From Promethearchaeota archaeon Loki_b32 (GTDB lineage Archaea; Asgardarchaeota; Lokiarchaeia; Sigyniarchaeales; SOKP01), in contig NJBH01000020.1 in the NCBI GenBank assembly GCA_005223125.1, forward strand, positions 1 through 64,000: 64,000 nt of DNA, read 5' to 3'. Of this stretch, positions 41,130 to 52,182 are shown one piece after another (within the stretch, counting starts at the first letter, position 1; the number at the start of each line of letters is the position of its first letter). The notes beneath the pieces were generated by a model. It was not told the origin of the DNA and searched no databases. It was given only the letters and a program-made list of their open reading frames with translations. The position numbers were made by a program, and so were the translations under genes.

Positions 41130-41924
41130 TTAAATAGTATTTAAGAATAAATAAGTCTCTATTACTTTCGAGATTTGATTTTCAAAATAATCTAAAGAAT
41201 GTGAATCAGATCCTACGAAAAAGCTTGCTCCTTCACTCTTTAATTGTTTGACAACATTCTTGGAAGGAAAGGTTCTTTTTATAGGAAATTTTAATCCCGA
41301 TAAGTTTATTTCTATTTTTAACTTATTTTTTATACATAAACGACCTAAATCTATAACGCGATCATCTGATACGTCGCTATCCTCTGTAGGCTCAAATTCA
41401 TTATTATTAATATAACGAAAGATAGTATCAATATGACAGATATTTTTGAAAATTTGTGAGTTAATCATTTTTGTACTTACTTTAAAATAATCATCTATTA
41501 TTTGTTTCATTGGTATTTTTTCTAAAAATCTTGATAAACCATTTTTTGTTGTAATAGGATATCCAATAATCCACTCATGAATAGATCCTCCAATAAAATC
41601 TAATTCCTTCTTATAATCATCCATAAATTCCATTAATTGAATCTCTTTATCCTCATAGTATTCAACTTCTAATCCACTCAGAATGAAATCGTATGTTTCC
41701 TTAAATGTATCAATTTCCTCAAGATAATCATCAATTCCGCTATTATAAAATGGATTAGTTTTATCATTTTCTACATAATAGAGTTCATAGTGATCAAGGA
41801 AACAGATGTTAATTTGTTGTTCTTCAGCGATTAGGATATAATCTTCAAAAGAAGGTCCATCTTCTGCCACATCAGAACTCCAGCCTCTCGTATGTAAATG
41901 GAAATCAGTCAGACTAAACTTCAT
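41130..41924 (-). CDS. PHP-domain histidinol-phosphatase (HisJ-like)
   Basis: DFHLHT, LDH, GSIH, CHID, GSDSH. Confidence 0.85.
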   Translation of the reverse strand: MKFSLTDFHLHTRGWSSDVAEDGPSFEDYILIAEEQQINICFLDHYELYYVENDKTNPFYNSGIDDYLEEIDTFKETYDFILSGLEVEYYEDKEIQLMEFMDDYKKELDFIGGSIHEWIIGYPITTKNGLSRFLEKIPMKQIIDDYFKVSTKMINSQIFKNICHIDTIFRYINNNEFEPTEDSDVSDDRVIDLGRLCIKNKLKIEINLSGLKFPIKRTFPSKNVVKQLKSEGASFFVGSDSHSLDYFENQISKVIETYLFLNTI

Positions 41925-42017
41925 AGAATAACAAGATAAATAATTAAAGAAGTAAAATAAAAATATGGAAAAATCAACTATTTGAATCTTCTTTATTAAA
42001 AAATACCCGATTAATTA

Positions 42018-43928
42018 TTAACGAGAGGCATCTTCTCGGTCGAAGAACACTCTATAAAATAACTCTTTTCCGTTAATATCTTCTGGAGGTGTTATTTTTG
42101 TATAACCACCTTTATGGATAACACGAATTGTGCCCTTGTTTTGAATATGAATATTACCATAAAATCCTTTTATGCCTTTTTCTTTAGCGATAATAATTAT
42201 ATGTTGGTAAAGAAAAGTCCCAATTCCTTTACCCCTATAATCTTCCCTAACTAAGAAACTATATTCCGCCATATTCATTTTAGGGTTTAAATAATATGTT
42301 GCACTTCCGACCATTTCTTCTTTACTGATTTCCCCAATAAATGCCCCTAGTGAGAAAACGTTATCATAATCAATATTTACTTCACTTTGGGTTTTTGAGT
42401 GTGTGAATTCTTTTCTAAGCTCAAAAAATCGTAAATACCTATCCCTTTCATTTAATGAATAATATAATTCTTTAAGTGCTTGTTCGTCTGTTGTTTTAAC
42501 AGGGCGAATATTAATTTTTTCTTTATCTATTGTTGTGTAAATTGTTTCATATTCTGAAGGGTATAAACAAATTCGACCATTCTCATCACAAGGAAGCATC
42601 TGATCAGAAAATACATAATTTAATTTTTTAGCTTCATCTAATAATGATTGTCGGAATTTTGGGTGTGCTATACAAATCAATTCAAGTACTCTTTCACGAA
42701 TAGTTTTACCATGAAGGTAAGCTACCCCCCATTCAGTCACAACATAGTGAACATCACCGCGAGATAACAATATTCCCGCTCCTTCATCTAAATGAGGGAC
42801 TATACGTGATTTTTCACCATCTCTTGATGTAGAAGGTATTATTATAATTGGTTTTCCTCCTTTAGAAAACGCAGCACCTCTCATAAAATCAATGGTCTCT
42901 CCTAATCCCGAATAAAAACTATAACCCTCAGTTGCGGCATTTACCTGTCCGGTTAAATCAATTTGCCTGGCAGAATTAATAGACACCATTTTTTTATTCA
43001 TTCCAATATTTATTGGGTTACAAACATAATCAGATGGATGAAATTCTATAAATGGATTATTATCAACAAATTTATATAATTTATTGGTTCCTAACGCAAA
43101 GCTTGTAAGAATTTTTTCAGGACGGTAATTTTTTTTTCTACAAGTTAGAATACCCCCCTCAATAAGGGGGATTATATTATCTGTAATATAATGAGAATGC
43201 ATTCCAAGATCTTTTTTATCCTCAAGAAATTTTAATACAACGTTTGGTAAATCACCAAAACCTACATGAATTGTAGATTTATTTTCTATCAAGTTCACTA
43301 AATTTCTTCCAATTCTTTCAGCAATTTCGTCAGGTTCATCGAATATAAATTCTAATAACGGTGTATCATTATAGACGAAAAAATCAATTTCTTTCATATG
43401 TATAAAACTGTTTCCTAAAGTTCTTGGCATTTGAGGATTAATTTCAGCAATAGTAATATAAGATGATTGAGCAATTGGTTTTGCAATATCTATATTAATC
43501 CCTAAAGAACAAAATCCATAAGGATCAGGTGGAGTAACTTGAATAAGTGCAACGTCAATATGTTTTCTACCAGATAAAAATAATGATGGAATTTCACTAG
43601 TGAATATTGGAGTGTAATCCGCTTGACCTTTGTTGATTTCCTCTCGAAGTGTTCTTCCAATAAAAAATGCATTATGTCTGAATAGATCCTCAGCTTTATC
43701 TTCGAAATATTTTTCCGGCCCTATTGTTAAGAAGTGAAGAATTTCTGTATCAATTAATTTTTCAGATTGTTTTGTTAGCTCAGAAGTTAATAATTGCGGT
43801 TCAGAGCACCCAGAATCTATAAATACTCTATTACCTGGTATTATCTTATTTATCGCAGCTTGTACCGTAATTTCTTTATCTTTCCACTTTTCTCTCCATC
43901 CTTCACTCATAAATTCAGAGTTCACCAA
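42018..43928 (-). CDS. Acetyl-CoA hydrolase/4-hydroxybutyrate CoA-transferase-like domain fused to a GNAT acetyltransferase
   Basis: PPDPYGFCSLG, IDLTGQV, VVTEWG, IAHPKFR; C-terminal AEYSFLVREDYRGKGIG. Confidence 0.9.
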   Translation of the reverse strand: MVNSEFMSEGWREKWKDKEITVQAAINKIIPGNRVFIDSGCSEPQLLTSELTKQSEKLIDTEILHFLTIGPEKYFEDKAEDLFRHNAFFIGRTLREEINKGQADYTPIFTSEIPSLFLSGRKHIDVALIQVTPPDPYGFCSLGINIDIAKPIAQSSYITIAEINPQMPRTLGNSFIHMKEIDFFVYNDTPLLEFIFDEPDEIAERIGRNLVNLIENKSTIHVGFGDLPNVVLKFLEDKKDLGMHSHYITDNIIPLIEGGILTCRKKNYRPEKILTSFALGTNKLYKFVDNNPFIEFHPSDYVCNPINIGMNKKMVSINSARQIDLTGQVNAATEGYSFYSGLGETIDFMRGAAFSKGGKPIIIIPSTSRDGEKSRIVPHLDEGAGILLSRGDVHYVVTEWGVAYLHGKTIRERVLELICIAHPKFRQSLLDEAKKLNYVFSDQMLPCDENGRICLYPSEYETIYTTIDKEKINIRPVKTTDEQALKELYYSLNERDRYLRFFELRKEFTHSKTQSEVNIDYDNVFSLGAFIGEISKEEMVGSATYYLNPKMNMAEYSFLVREDYRGKGIGTFLYQHIIIIAKEKGIKGFYGNIHIQNKGTIRVIHKGGYTKITPPEDINGKELFYRVFFDREDASR

Positions 43929-44137
43929 TCCTTTTCTCTAAATTATTATTTTTTTTAAATATAAATATAATCTCTGGTCTTTTTATTAATTGTATTCTCA
44001 TCAATATAATGTTTTTGAAATTATAAATAAAATGTTTAAATTTTATATCCCTTTTTTTTGAATTAGAATATTAAAAAAAACCAAAAATATAGTTTTATAA
44101 AAATCTAATTTTAAGAAATTCAAAACTGTGAAACAAA

Positions 44138-46117
44138 ATGTCAAAAGAAGAAAGAATGAAAAGTATTCTAACTGAAACCCGTATATTTAATCCTGTTGAT
44201 CTTAATCCTGATTATGCAAAAACTGGAATGTCTATGGAAGAATATCAAAAACTTTACAAACAGTCAATAGAAGACATGGAAGGTTTTTGGGGAGAACAAG
44301 CAAAATCAATTGATTGGTTTAAACCATACGATAAAGTTTGGGAAAAAACTGATTTATTTCCCGGTAAATGGTTTGTTGGCGGAAAACTTAATGTGAGCTA
44401 CAACGCTATAGATAGACATGTTAAGGCAGGAAAAGGAGATAAAATAGCGTTAATCTGGGAAGCAGATGAACCAGGACAAGTCCGAAAGTTCACTTACAAT
44501 GAACTATTGAAAGAAGTAAGTAAAGTAGCTAATGGAATGAAGAATCTAGGATTGAAAAAAGGTGATCGCGCCACGATTTGGTTACCTATGGTTCCTGAAC
44601 TAGCTATCATTATGTTGGCTTGTGCTCGAATAGGTGTGATTCATTCAATTGTATTTGGGGGATTTTCAAAAGAAGCGGTAAAAGATAGAATTGAAGATTC
44701 AGATTCGCGTCTTTTATTCACAAGTGATGAGACATTAAGAGCTGGAAAGTTTTATCCAAAAATGGCTGATGTTGTTCAAATCATTGATGCCGTTCCTACA
44801 ATAGAACATGTAATTGTTGTTAAACGTTCTGGTAGAGATGTACCCCATACAGATAAAGATATCTGGTATCATGATTTCATTAATGGCATGAGTGAGGAAT
44901 GTGAACCTGAAATAATGGATTCTGAAGATACCTTATTCATTTTATACACAAGTGGAACAACAGGAAAACCAAAAGGCGTAAATCATACTACAGCAGGATA
45001 TATACTGTATACCTCATTCACTCATAGAGTTGTATTTAATTACCAGGAAAGAGATATCTGGTATTGTACTGCTGATATTGGCTGGATTACAGGACACTCT
45101 TATATTGTCTATGGACCATTAACAAATGGAGCGACTTCCTTGATGTTCGAGGGTGTCCCTACTTATCCAGATGTTGATCGTTTCTGGGATATTGTTGAAC
45201 ACCATAAGGTGACTCATTTTTATACCGCTCCAACAGCAATTCGTGCTTTAATGCGATATGGTGATGAACCAGTTAAAAAACATGACTTAAGTTCTTTGAA
45301 AGTACTTGGAACAGTTGGTGAACCAATTAATCCTGAAGCTTGGACTTGGTATCATAGAATCATTGGTAAAGAACGATGTCCAATTGTTGATACTTACTGG
45401 CAAACTGAAACTGGTGGATTTATAATGACTCCAATAGCAACAGCAACACCCACAAAACCTGGGTCTTGTTGTATGCCCTTTTTAGGAATTAAACCAATCA
45501 TTTTTGATTTGGAAGGAGATGAGATTACAGAACCTAATGAGGGCGGGTATTTTGCAATTCAAGCACCATGGCCGGGAATGTTAAGAGATGTTTGGGGCGA
45601 TACAGAGAGATTTAAATCAACTTATCTTGAAAAGTATCCAGGGTATTATTACACTGATGATGGAGCACGACGAGATGAAGATGGTTATTATTGGATTCTT
45701 GGACGATTAGATGATGTTATAAAAGTGTCAGGACACCGTATAGGAACAATGGAAATAGAATCTGCTCTTGTAACCCATCCAAGTGTTGCGGAAGCTGCTG
45801 TTGCTCCTTTTCCACATAAAATTAAAGGTCAGGCAATATGGGCATTTGTTACGTTAATGCAAGGAGTTGAAAAATCTGCTAAATTATCCAAAGAAATTAG
45901 AATGCATGTTAGACAAGAAATTGGACCAGTATTTCAACCAGACGTTATTCAATTTGCTGATGCCTTGCCTAAGACGAGAAGCGGTAAGATAATGCGTAGA
46001 ATTTTAAAAGCAATTGCCGCTGGAACTGATATTGGAAATGTTACAACGTTAGCTGATCCTTCTGTAGTAGATGCTTTACTAGAAGAACGAAAAAAGATGG
46101 ATATAGAAGTAGGGTAA
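44138..46117 (+). CDS. acs: AMP-forming acetyl-CoA synthetase
   Basis: YTSGTTGKPKG, WITGHSY, WQTETGG, PKTRSGKIMRR. Confidence 0.97.
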   Translation: MSKEERMKSILTETRIFNPVDLNPDYAKTGMSMEEYQKLYKQSIEDMEGFWGEQAKSIDWFKPYDKVWEKTDLFPGKWFVGGKLNVSYNAIDRHVKAGKGDKIALIWEADEPGQVRKFTYNELLKEVSKVANGMKNLGLKKGDRATIWLPMVPELAIIMLACARIGVIHSIVFGGFSKEAVKDRIEDSDSRLLFTSDETLRAGKFYPKMADVVQIIDAVPTIEHVIVVKRSGRDVPHTDKDIWYHDFINGMSEECEPEIMDSEDTLFILYTSGTTGKPKGVNHTTAGYILYTSFTHRVVFNYQERDIWYCTADIGWITGHSYIVYGPLTNGATSLMFEGVPTYPDVDRFWDIVEHHKVTHFYTAPTAIRALMRYGDEPVKKHDLSSLKVLGTVGEPINPEAWTWYHRIIGKERCPIVDTYWQTETGGFIMTPIATATPTKPGSCCMPFLGIKPIIFDLEGDEITEPNEGGYFAIQAPWPGMLRDVWGDTERFKSTYLEKYPGYYYTDDGARRDEDGYYWILGRLDDVIKVSGHRIGTMEIESALVTHPSVAEAAVAPFPHKIKGQAIWAFVTLMQGVEKSAKLSKEIRMHVRQEIGPVFQPDVIQFADALPKTRSGKIMRRILKAIAAGTDIGNVTTLADPSVVDALLEERKKMDIEVG

Positions 46118-46205
46118 ATAAATTCTTTATTTTTTATTTTTTAATGGTTTTGCCAAAAGTTTATCGACTTTTTAATATATTTTATTAAGTTCAACAATAT
46201 TTTCG

Positions 46206-47048
46206 TCAACCTTTTGCAAAAGTACCTATTGCATATAATAAATCTAATTTCTCATTGATTTCATTCCCTAATATCATCTTTACACTGGCTCTATTTTCTA
46301 GTTCAGTTAAATTGAACAATTCAAAAATCCTTTTTGGTAAGTATTTATGTCTAGCAATAATCATATGATCAGCTCCTAATGTAATACTCTTATTAATTAT
46401 TTGTAATGCTGCCTCTAAATTCGTGGCAATTAATGGTCCTAACCGTTTATTCGCTAATAATCCATATCCTTCATTTTCAATAGTTAAAATCCTAGCACCC
46501 AATTTAATTCTCATTTTTAAGTAATTATATCGATCAAATCCCATTGTTTTCTTATCTAAAACTAACACCCAATCTGGAACTGTATTTAAAATCTTTATCT
46601 CTTTATCTGCAAATCCTAATTCTGGTGGCTGTATTGGTAATTGATACATCACGCCATAAAATCTTCGATTAAAACCAAATTTTTTATAAATCGGCTCTCC
46701 TAATTGAGAAGCGTAAAGAATCATTGTCTCACTATTCATTTTATTTGCAATTTCTAGTAAATTCCTAAAGATTTCTGTACCTACGCCCCTTCCTCTGCAT
46801 TCTTGCAATACGGCCATATATCCAAAACTACTAACTTTTTCAAATGTAAAAACTCCACCAATACCAAAAATTTTTCCTTTGTCTTCAGAAAGAAGGAATT
46901 TTCCAATTTCACATTTTATTAAAGCCTTCCAATTTTTTTCTTCTTCTTTAATATCCTCTGGAGGAGCTCTACCAAAAGCAGAATAGAGTACATTTATACA
47001 TCTGGAAATTTCTCCATCTGCGGGTTCTCTGATAGTATATTTAAGCAT
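46206..47048 (-). CDS. GNAT acetyltransferase (YitH-like)
   Basis: RGRGVGT, GEPIYKKFGF, GFDR, LGPLIA. Confidence 0.85.
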   Translation of the reverse strand: MLKYTIREPADGEISRCINVLYSAFGRAPPEDIKEEEKNWKALIKCEIGKFLLSEDKGKIFGIGGVFTFEKVSSFGYMAVLQECRGRGVGTEIFRNLLEIANKMNSETMILYASQLGEPIYKKFGFNRRFYGVMYQLPIQPPELGFADKEIKILNTVPDWVLVLDKKTMGFDRYNYLKMRIKLGARILTIENEGYGLLANKRLGPLIATNLEAALQIINKSITLGADHMIIARHKYLPKRIFELFNLTELENRASVKMILGNEINEKLDLLYAIGTFAKG

Positions 47049-47174
47049 AAAATTTGTTTCAAACCGTTTTTCTTAAAAGAATAAAAATAAATAAATCAAT
47101 TTACTTTTAATATTTCAAAGATTTTTTTATTTTCTAAACTTTGTATTTACTCCATGTATTTTGAGGTTTTATAA

Positions 47175-48845
47175 TTGAGTTTTAACAGTGATCAGTTAGC
47201 TGAAAAGATAAAAACGATGGATCAAAAAGAAGCTGTTGAGATGCTTCTTTCAATATTATCAACATCTGATAATATGGAAAGTAAAATAAAAGCAGCTGAA
47301 CTCTTAATTCAATTCGATGAAAGTAAAAATAAGTACTTTCAATATATAAAAAATACCTTTTTAAATGATCGGCATCCACAATTGAGGCTTCAGTTAATAA
47401 ATTTAATAGGGACATATTATAAAGATGAGGGAATTAACTTCTTAAAAGAACAATATAAAACCTGCAGTGATGGAACGGTTAGGAAAAATCTTATTGATAT
47501 TGTTGGAAAAGTTGACTTAAATACCTCAATACCATTTCTTATAGAAGCATTAAATGATGCAAATATTGAAGCTAAAGAAATCGCTATAACTTACTTAGGA
47601 AAAATTAGCGCTAGCGAAGCGTTAATGTCTTTAATCGACCTGCTCCATTTAAAAAATGCTGAGATTTATGATTCTCTAATTTACGCTATTGTAAAAATTG
47701 GAAAAAAAGGAAATTTAGAAATTATTAATGATTATATTAATACAGAAGACCCTCACATCAAGAGAGAAATTCCCATAATTCTTGGGAAGATAGGAAGTAA
47801 AGAGAGTGAAACTATTTTAATTGATTTTTTAAAAGATGATAATCCAATTATACGGAAGAATTCAGTGAAAGCATTGGAAAAGATAATTGAATTAAAGAAT
47901 ATAAAGAACGTGTTAGAAGTTCTAGAGGACAAAGATATTGAAGTAAGGAAAGAAACTATTCGAGTGTTAGGGAATATTGGAAGTAAGAGAGCAGTTGCAC
48001 CCTTATTGGAGTTATTAAAAGAAGATGATGTAAAAATTAGAAATTTTGCTAAAAATGCTCTAAATAAAATTCTCAGTAAAAGTAAATCGTATGAACTTCT
48101 TTATGATATTGTAAAAGGAAGAAATATTAACGCCAGAAAAGAAGCAATAAAACTCTTAGGAATGTTGAAAGATGTTAATGCTATTGATCTTCTGATGACA
48201 ACTTTCAATAGCAAGGTAACAAGTCTTAGAGGAGCAGCATATCGTTCCCTCTTAAAAATTTTAAATGATAAAATTGACGATAAGATTATAAACGCACTAG
48301 CAGATAAATCTTGGCAGATAAGGATGTTTTGTATCAAAATTCTCGGTGAAATCAGAGATCCAAGCACTATCGATAATATATTCAATTTTATTGAAGATGA
48401 TAACGGAAGTGTAAGGAAAGCAGCTGTGGATGCATTAATCAAATTTGAGGATGAAAAAGTAATAGAATTAGCAAGGGAGTCATTGGAGAGTTCAAATTGG
48501 AAAACTCGAAGGGCTGTAGTCAAATTATTAATACTAGCTGGAAATAAGGAATCATTTGACTCATTAATGTCTTGTTTAAATGATGAAGATGTATACATTA
48601 AAAGTTGGGCTGCAATGGCTTTAGGTAAATTGAAAGATATTGAATCTATTGAACCTTTTATTCAACTATTAAAAGAAAATGATGATAAAATAAGAATATC
48701 CGCTATTAAAGCCCTAGGTGAAATTGGGAATAAAGATGCCATTAAACCATTAATACAGGCGTTAGGAGACGATAATTGGGACGTAAGAAAAGAAATTGAG
48801 AACGCTCTGAATCATATTGATCCAGACTGGATGAACTACTTGTAG
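47175..48845 (+). CDS. HEAT/PBS-lyase repeat protein
   Basis: Many L-x-D-x-x-x-x-V/IR...ALGxIG repeats. Confidence 0.92.
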   Translation: MSFNSDQLAEKIKTMDQKEAVEMLLSILSTSDNMESKIKAAELLIQFDESKNKYFQYIKNTFLNDRHPQLRLQLINLIGTYYKDEGINFLKEQYKTCSDGTVRKNLIDIVGKVDLNTSIPFLIEALNDANIEAKEIAITYLGKISASEALMSLIDLLHLKNAEIYDSLIYAIVKIGKKGNLEIINDYINTEDPHIKREIPIILGKIGSKESETILIDFLKDDNPIIRKNSVKALEKIIELKNIKNVLEVLEDKDIEVRKETIRVLGNIGSKRAVAPLLELLKEDDVKIRNFAKNALNKILSKSKSYELLYDIVKGRNINARKEAIKLLGMLKDVNAIDLLMTTFNSKVTSLRGAAYRSLLKILNDKIDDKIINALADKSWQIRMFCIKILGEIRDPSTIDNIFNFIEDDNGSVRKAAVDALIKFEDEKVIELARESLESSNWKTRRAVVKLLILAGNKESFDSLMSCLNDEDVYIKSWAAMALGKLKDIESIEPFIQLLKENDDKIRISAIKALGEIGNKDAIKPLIQALGDDNWDVRKEIENALNHIDPDWMNYL

Positions 48846-48896
48846 AAATTTATTTTGCTAAAAATAACGAATTTCTTAAAGAGCTTTAGTTAGTAC

Positions 48897-49283
48897 TTAA
48901 TACAATTTAGCTAAGCTTTGAATATATTCCTGTAATTTACTGAAGATTAGGTTTATATTAGATTCCTTTTTCACAATCATTATTAAAAATGTTTTATTGT
49001 CACATTCAAAAATAAATATGGTTTTTTCTGCTAATTCAGTAATAATTTTATTAATCTTTCTATTACCCATTGTTTCACCAATACCTACAGCACTTTCTAA
49101 CACAGAAGCACACATAGATGTAAAATTTTTACTATTAAATTCATCCCCTATAATTTTTATTATTACACCCCCATCTCTATAGGCAAAAATGATACCGTCT
49201 AGATTTGCTTTCTGATTTAATTCATGAAGGAGCTGGTTTGCCTCTTTAATCTTTCCCAAATTAGAATTATTCATATAATTCAT
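48897..49283 (-). CDS. Roadblock/LC7 domain protein
   Basis: GIIFAYRDG, FTSMCASVLESA. Confidence 0.8.
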   Translation of the reverse strand: MNYMNNSNLGKIKEANQLLHELNQKANLDGIIFAYRDGGVIIKIIGDEFNSKNFTSMCASVLESAVGIGETMGNRKINKIITELAEKTIFIFECDNKTFLIMIVKKESNINLIFSKLQEYIQSLAKLY

Positions 49284-49351
49284 TAAATAATATATTTCCG
49301 TTTCTATGAGTATGGATAATTAAATAAAACTATTGAATTATTATATCATAT

Positions 49352-50752
49352 ATGGAAAAAGCGAATTCTGTTAAAAAAATAACTGAATTAATAAGAAATT
49401 CGAATGATGAATTTATTGAAAACGAGTTGCGCCCATTTTTACGAATCCCTAGTAATACTCTTAATAGCGAAGGTATATTTAAAGCTAAAGATTTTCTATT
49501 ATCTTACGTTTCAGATTTTTGCGAAGAAATTAAAGAGTTTAATGGTGAAATTAACCCTCTAATTTTGGCGAAGGTTGATGGAGTAATAGAGAAATCTTTA
49601 TTAATATATATGATGTATGATACTCAACCTATAAATAATGAAAAAGAATGGATAAGTAATCCATTTGCAGCAGAAGTTCATATACTCCCTCCTCCATTAG
49701 ACGTTCTAGGGGATTGTATTATTGCAAGAGGTGCATATAATTCGAAAACACCTTTATTATGCTTCTTAAATGTAGTAAAAGAACTTAAAAAAAAAGATGA
49801 GTTGCCTATATCTCTCTTATTACTATTTGACGGAGAGGAGGAAATTGGTTCTCTTGGTCTATTGAGATTTCTTGAAGAAAATAAGAATATATTTAAAGAT
49901 TGCGTAGATGTCTATTATCCTGCTGCAAAACAAGATCTTAATGGAAATTCGGTTTTAAAGTTGGGTTATAAAGGAATTTTATCTTTTACTATAAAAATAA
50001 CTTCACAAAATAAAGAACCGCATTCAGCATTCAGTGGGATGGTTCCCAATCCCGCAGCTGATTTAGTTTCTTTAATCAATACTATATTTTCTAACAATGA
50101 GTATCAAATTGAATGTTTAAATAAAGCTTATGAGATTTCTGAAGATGATCAGCTATTGATTGATATGTTAATGAGAACAATTGATTTCGAAAAAATCAAA
50201 GAAAAGGCAGGCATCTTAAAAACTCGTGAAAGAGTTCCAAAAAAGGCTTTTATAAATTACTTATTTAGTCCAACATTTAATATTTCTACTCTAAAATCGG
50301 GTTTTTTAGAAGAAGGATCAAAAAATTATATACCTAATGAAGCAATGTGTAATGTTGATGTTAGATTTGCTCACGATATTTCTGTGAATGCTTTATTTCA
50401 AGAAATTAAAGAAAAAATTGATACATTTTCTAAAGGAACACAATCCGAGATTGAGTTAATTAGAAATATTGGTTATGAGAGTTCTAGGGTCAATAAAGAA
50501 TCCATTTTGGTAAAAACAATTATAGAAAGTACCAAAATATTAGGTGTACAAACTGTAATTTGGCCAATAAGTGCTGCTGCTGCTCCTTTAAGTATGATTC
50601 AAAGGAAACTCGGATTAAATTTCATAGTTGGAGGGTTGGGTATTGGAGGTTATGCTCATGCTCCTAATGAATTCATTCAATACGACTCAATTATTAATAC
50701 AAGATTAGCAAATTATCATTTTATAAGAATTTATTCAAAATCTAACATATGA
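49352..50752 (+). CDS. M20/M25/M40 metallohydrolase
   Basis: FLRIPS, YDTQP, ARGA, EEEIGS, AHAPNE. Confidence 0.85.
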   Translation: MEKANSVKKITELIRNSNDEFIENELRPFLRIPSNTLNSEGIFKAKDFLLSYVSDFCEEIKEFNGEINPLILAKVDGVIEKSLLIYMMYDTQPINNEKEWISNPFAAEVHILPPPLDVLGDCIIARGAYNSKTPLLCFLNVVKELKKKDELPISLLLLFDGEEEIGSLGLLRFLEENKNIFKDCVDVYYPAAKQDLNGNSVLKLGYKGILSFTIKITSQNKEPHSAFSGMVPNPAADLVSLINTIFSNNEYQIECLNKAYEISEDDQLLIDMLMRTIDFEKIKEKAGILKTRERVPKKAFINYLFSPTFNISTLKSGFLEEGSKNYIPNEAMCNVDVRFAHDISVNALFQEIKEKIDTFSKGTQSEIELIRNIGYESSRVNKESILVKTIIESTKILGVQTVIWPISAAAAPLSMIQRKLGLNFIVGGLGIGGYAHAPNEFIQYDSIINTRLANYHFIRIYSKSNI

Positions 50753-50796
50753 AGCTTGTAGAGAAATTTTTTAAATTGATAAAAAATTAATCTAAT

Positions 50797-51951
50797 CTAA
50801 TCAAATAATCCAATTATTCCCCTACTTTTTGATTTTATTGCATTTTCAGGGCACAATTCGGAACAACATAAACAAGAAATGCATTTTTTCCTTGAAAAAA
50901 TTGGGTAATTGCCTTCTATAAATTCGATTGCTTCTGCAGGACATATTTCTGCACACTGACCACACTGGGCACACTTTTCTTTTATTAAATTAGGCATTTT
51001 CTTTATTATTTTATATGCTAAATGCCCAGACATATAACTAATAAATCTTGTCATAGTACTTCCAGGAACATTAAATTTCGGGGTTTGTTTTTTAGCCTCT
51101 TCAAGAGACATTCCTACGATTTCAATATTTTCTATATTTCCAACTCCTAAGTTTCGCTCTATTGCATTTTTAATATGAGGTACATTTTTCGTTTTAACTT
51201 TACCAATTTCCAGTGCTACAACATCTAAAGCTAATTCATCTGTTCCAGCAAGAATAAGATCCCATTTATTCATAGATCCTCCTCCAGGACCACTCCTTCC
51301 TTCCATGATCTCCTGTAAATCGTAAACAATTAATCTACTTGGTTTATTTTTTACAATCCATGAAAAATTATCTGTAAGAACTTCTCCAAATTGCTCCGCA
51401 GTTTTTCCTAATAAATGATATTTAGCTTTTAGACCTCCCTGTATAATTCCCCAATAATTTTTCATTGCCCCCGTCATCGTTGCCTCTATGTGAGATTTTA
51501 AGCGAGGTAAATTTATCAATGTATCACATTCTTTAACAACCTTGGCAACACGAATTTCTTTTAATCTTAAAGCTCCTTCGATTGTTTCAATTATTGGAAC
51601 ATCGCTTTCAAAATCAACAAGTTTTATGCCATGTTCCTCACAAATTTCAAGTAATCCAATTTTTTCTGCCACGTCAGAAGCAGTCTTTCCCTGTTGTCCT
51701 GGAGAATCTCCAACAGATACATTTTTCATAGAAACTCCTTTTTCTTTTAGATAAGAAATTACACCTTCTATAAAACTTGGTTGAGTACATGCTTCTTTTT
51801 TTGACGTAAGTAAATTTGGTTTCAAAAGAATTTGTCTAGAATTTAAAAAATCAAATGAGAAGTTATCTTCAATTAACTTAATAGCCCCAACTACTGCTTT
51901 GGGAATAGATTCATACTCATTTACATTTATGATACTAATTTTTGTAGACAT
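50797..51951 (-). CDS. DUF362 protein with C-terminal 2x[4Fe-4S] ferredoxin domain
   Basis: LKPNL, GDSPG, LKSH, MKN; two CxxCxxCxxxCP motifs. Confidence 0.9.
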   Translation of the reverse strand: MSTKISIINVNEYESIPKAVVGAIKLIEDNFSFDFLNSRQILLKPNLLTSKKEACTQPSFIEGVISYLKEKGVSMKNVSVGDSPGQQGKTASDVAEKIGLLEICEEHGIKLVDFESDVPIIETIEGALRLKEIRVAKVVKECDTLINLPRLKSHIEATMTGAMKNYWGIIQGGLKAKYHLLGKTAEQFGEVLTDNFSWIVKNKPSRLIVYDLQEIMEGRSGPGGGSMNKWDLILAGTDELALDVVALEIGKVKTKNVPHIKNAIERNLGVGNIENIEIVGMSLEEAKKQTPKFNVPGSTMTRFISYMSGHLAYKIIKKMPNLIKEKCAQCGQCAEICPAEAIEFIEGNYPIFSRKKCISCLCCSELCPENAIKSKSRGIIGLFD

Positions 51952-52182
51952 TGCTTAAATTGACGAGAATTTTTTCTTTCTTGAAATATTTCTTTTTATA
52001 AATTGTAAAAAATATTTTAAATTTGAGATTATTAGGTATCTAAAACCATTTATTTTTAATAATCTAATCTATTATATTTATAAAAAAATTTAATATCTAT
52101 TAAGTAAGGTCAAGAAAAAAAAAATTCAACTCGTATATTAAATTATAAACTGTTTTAAATTGATTTACTAGGGGTATAACAT

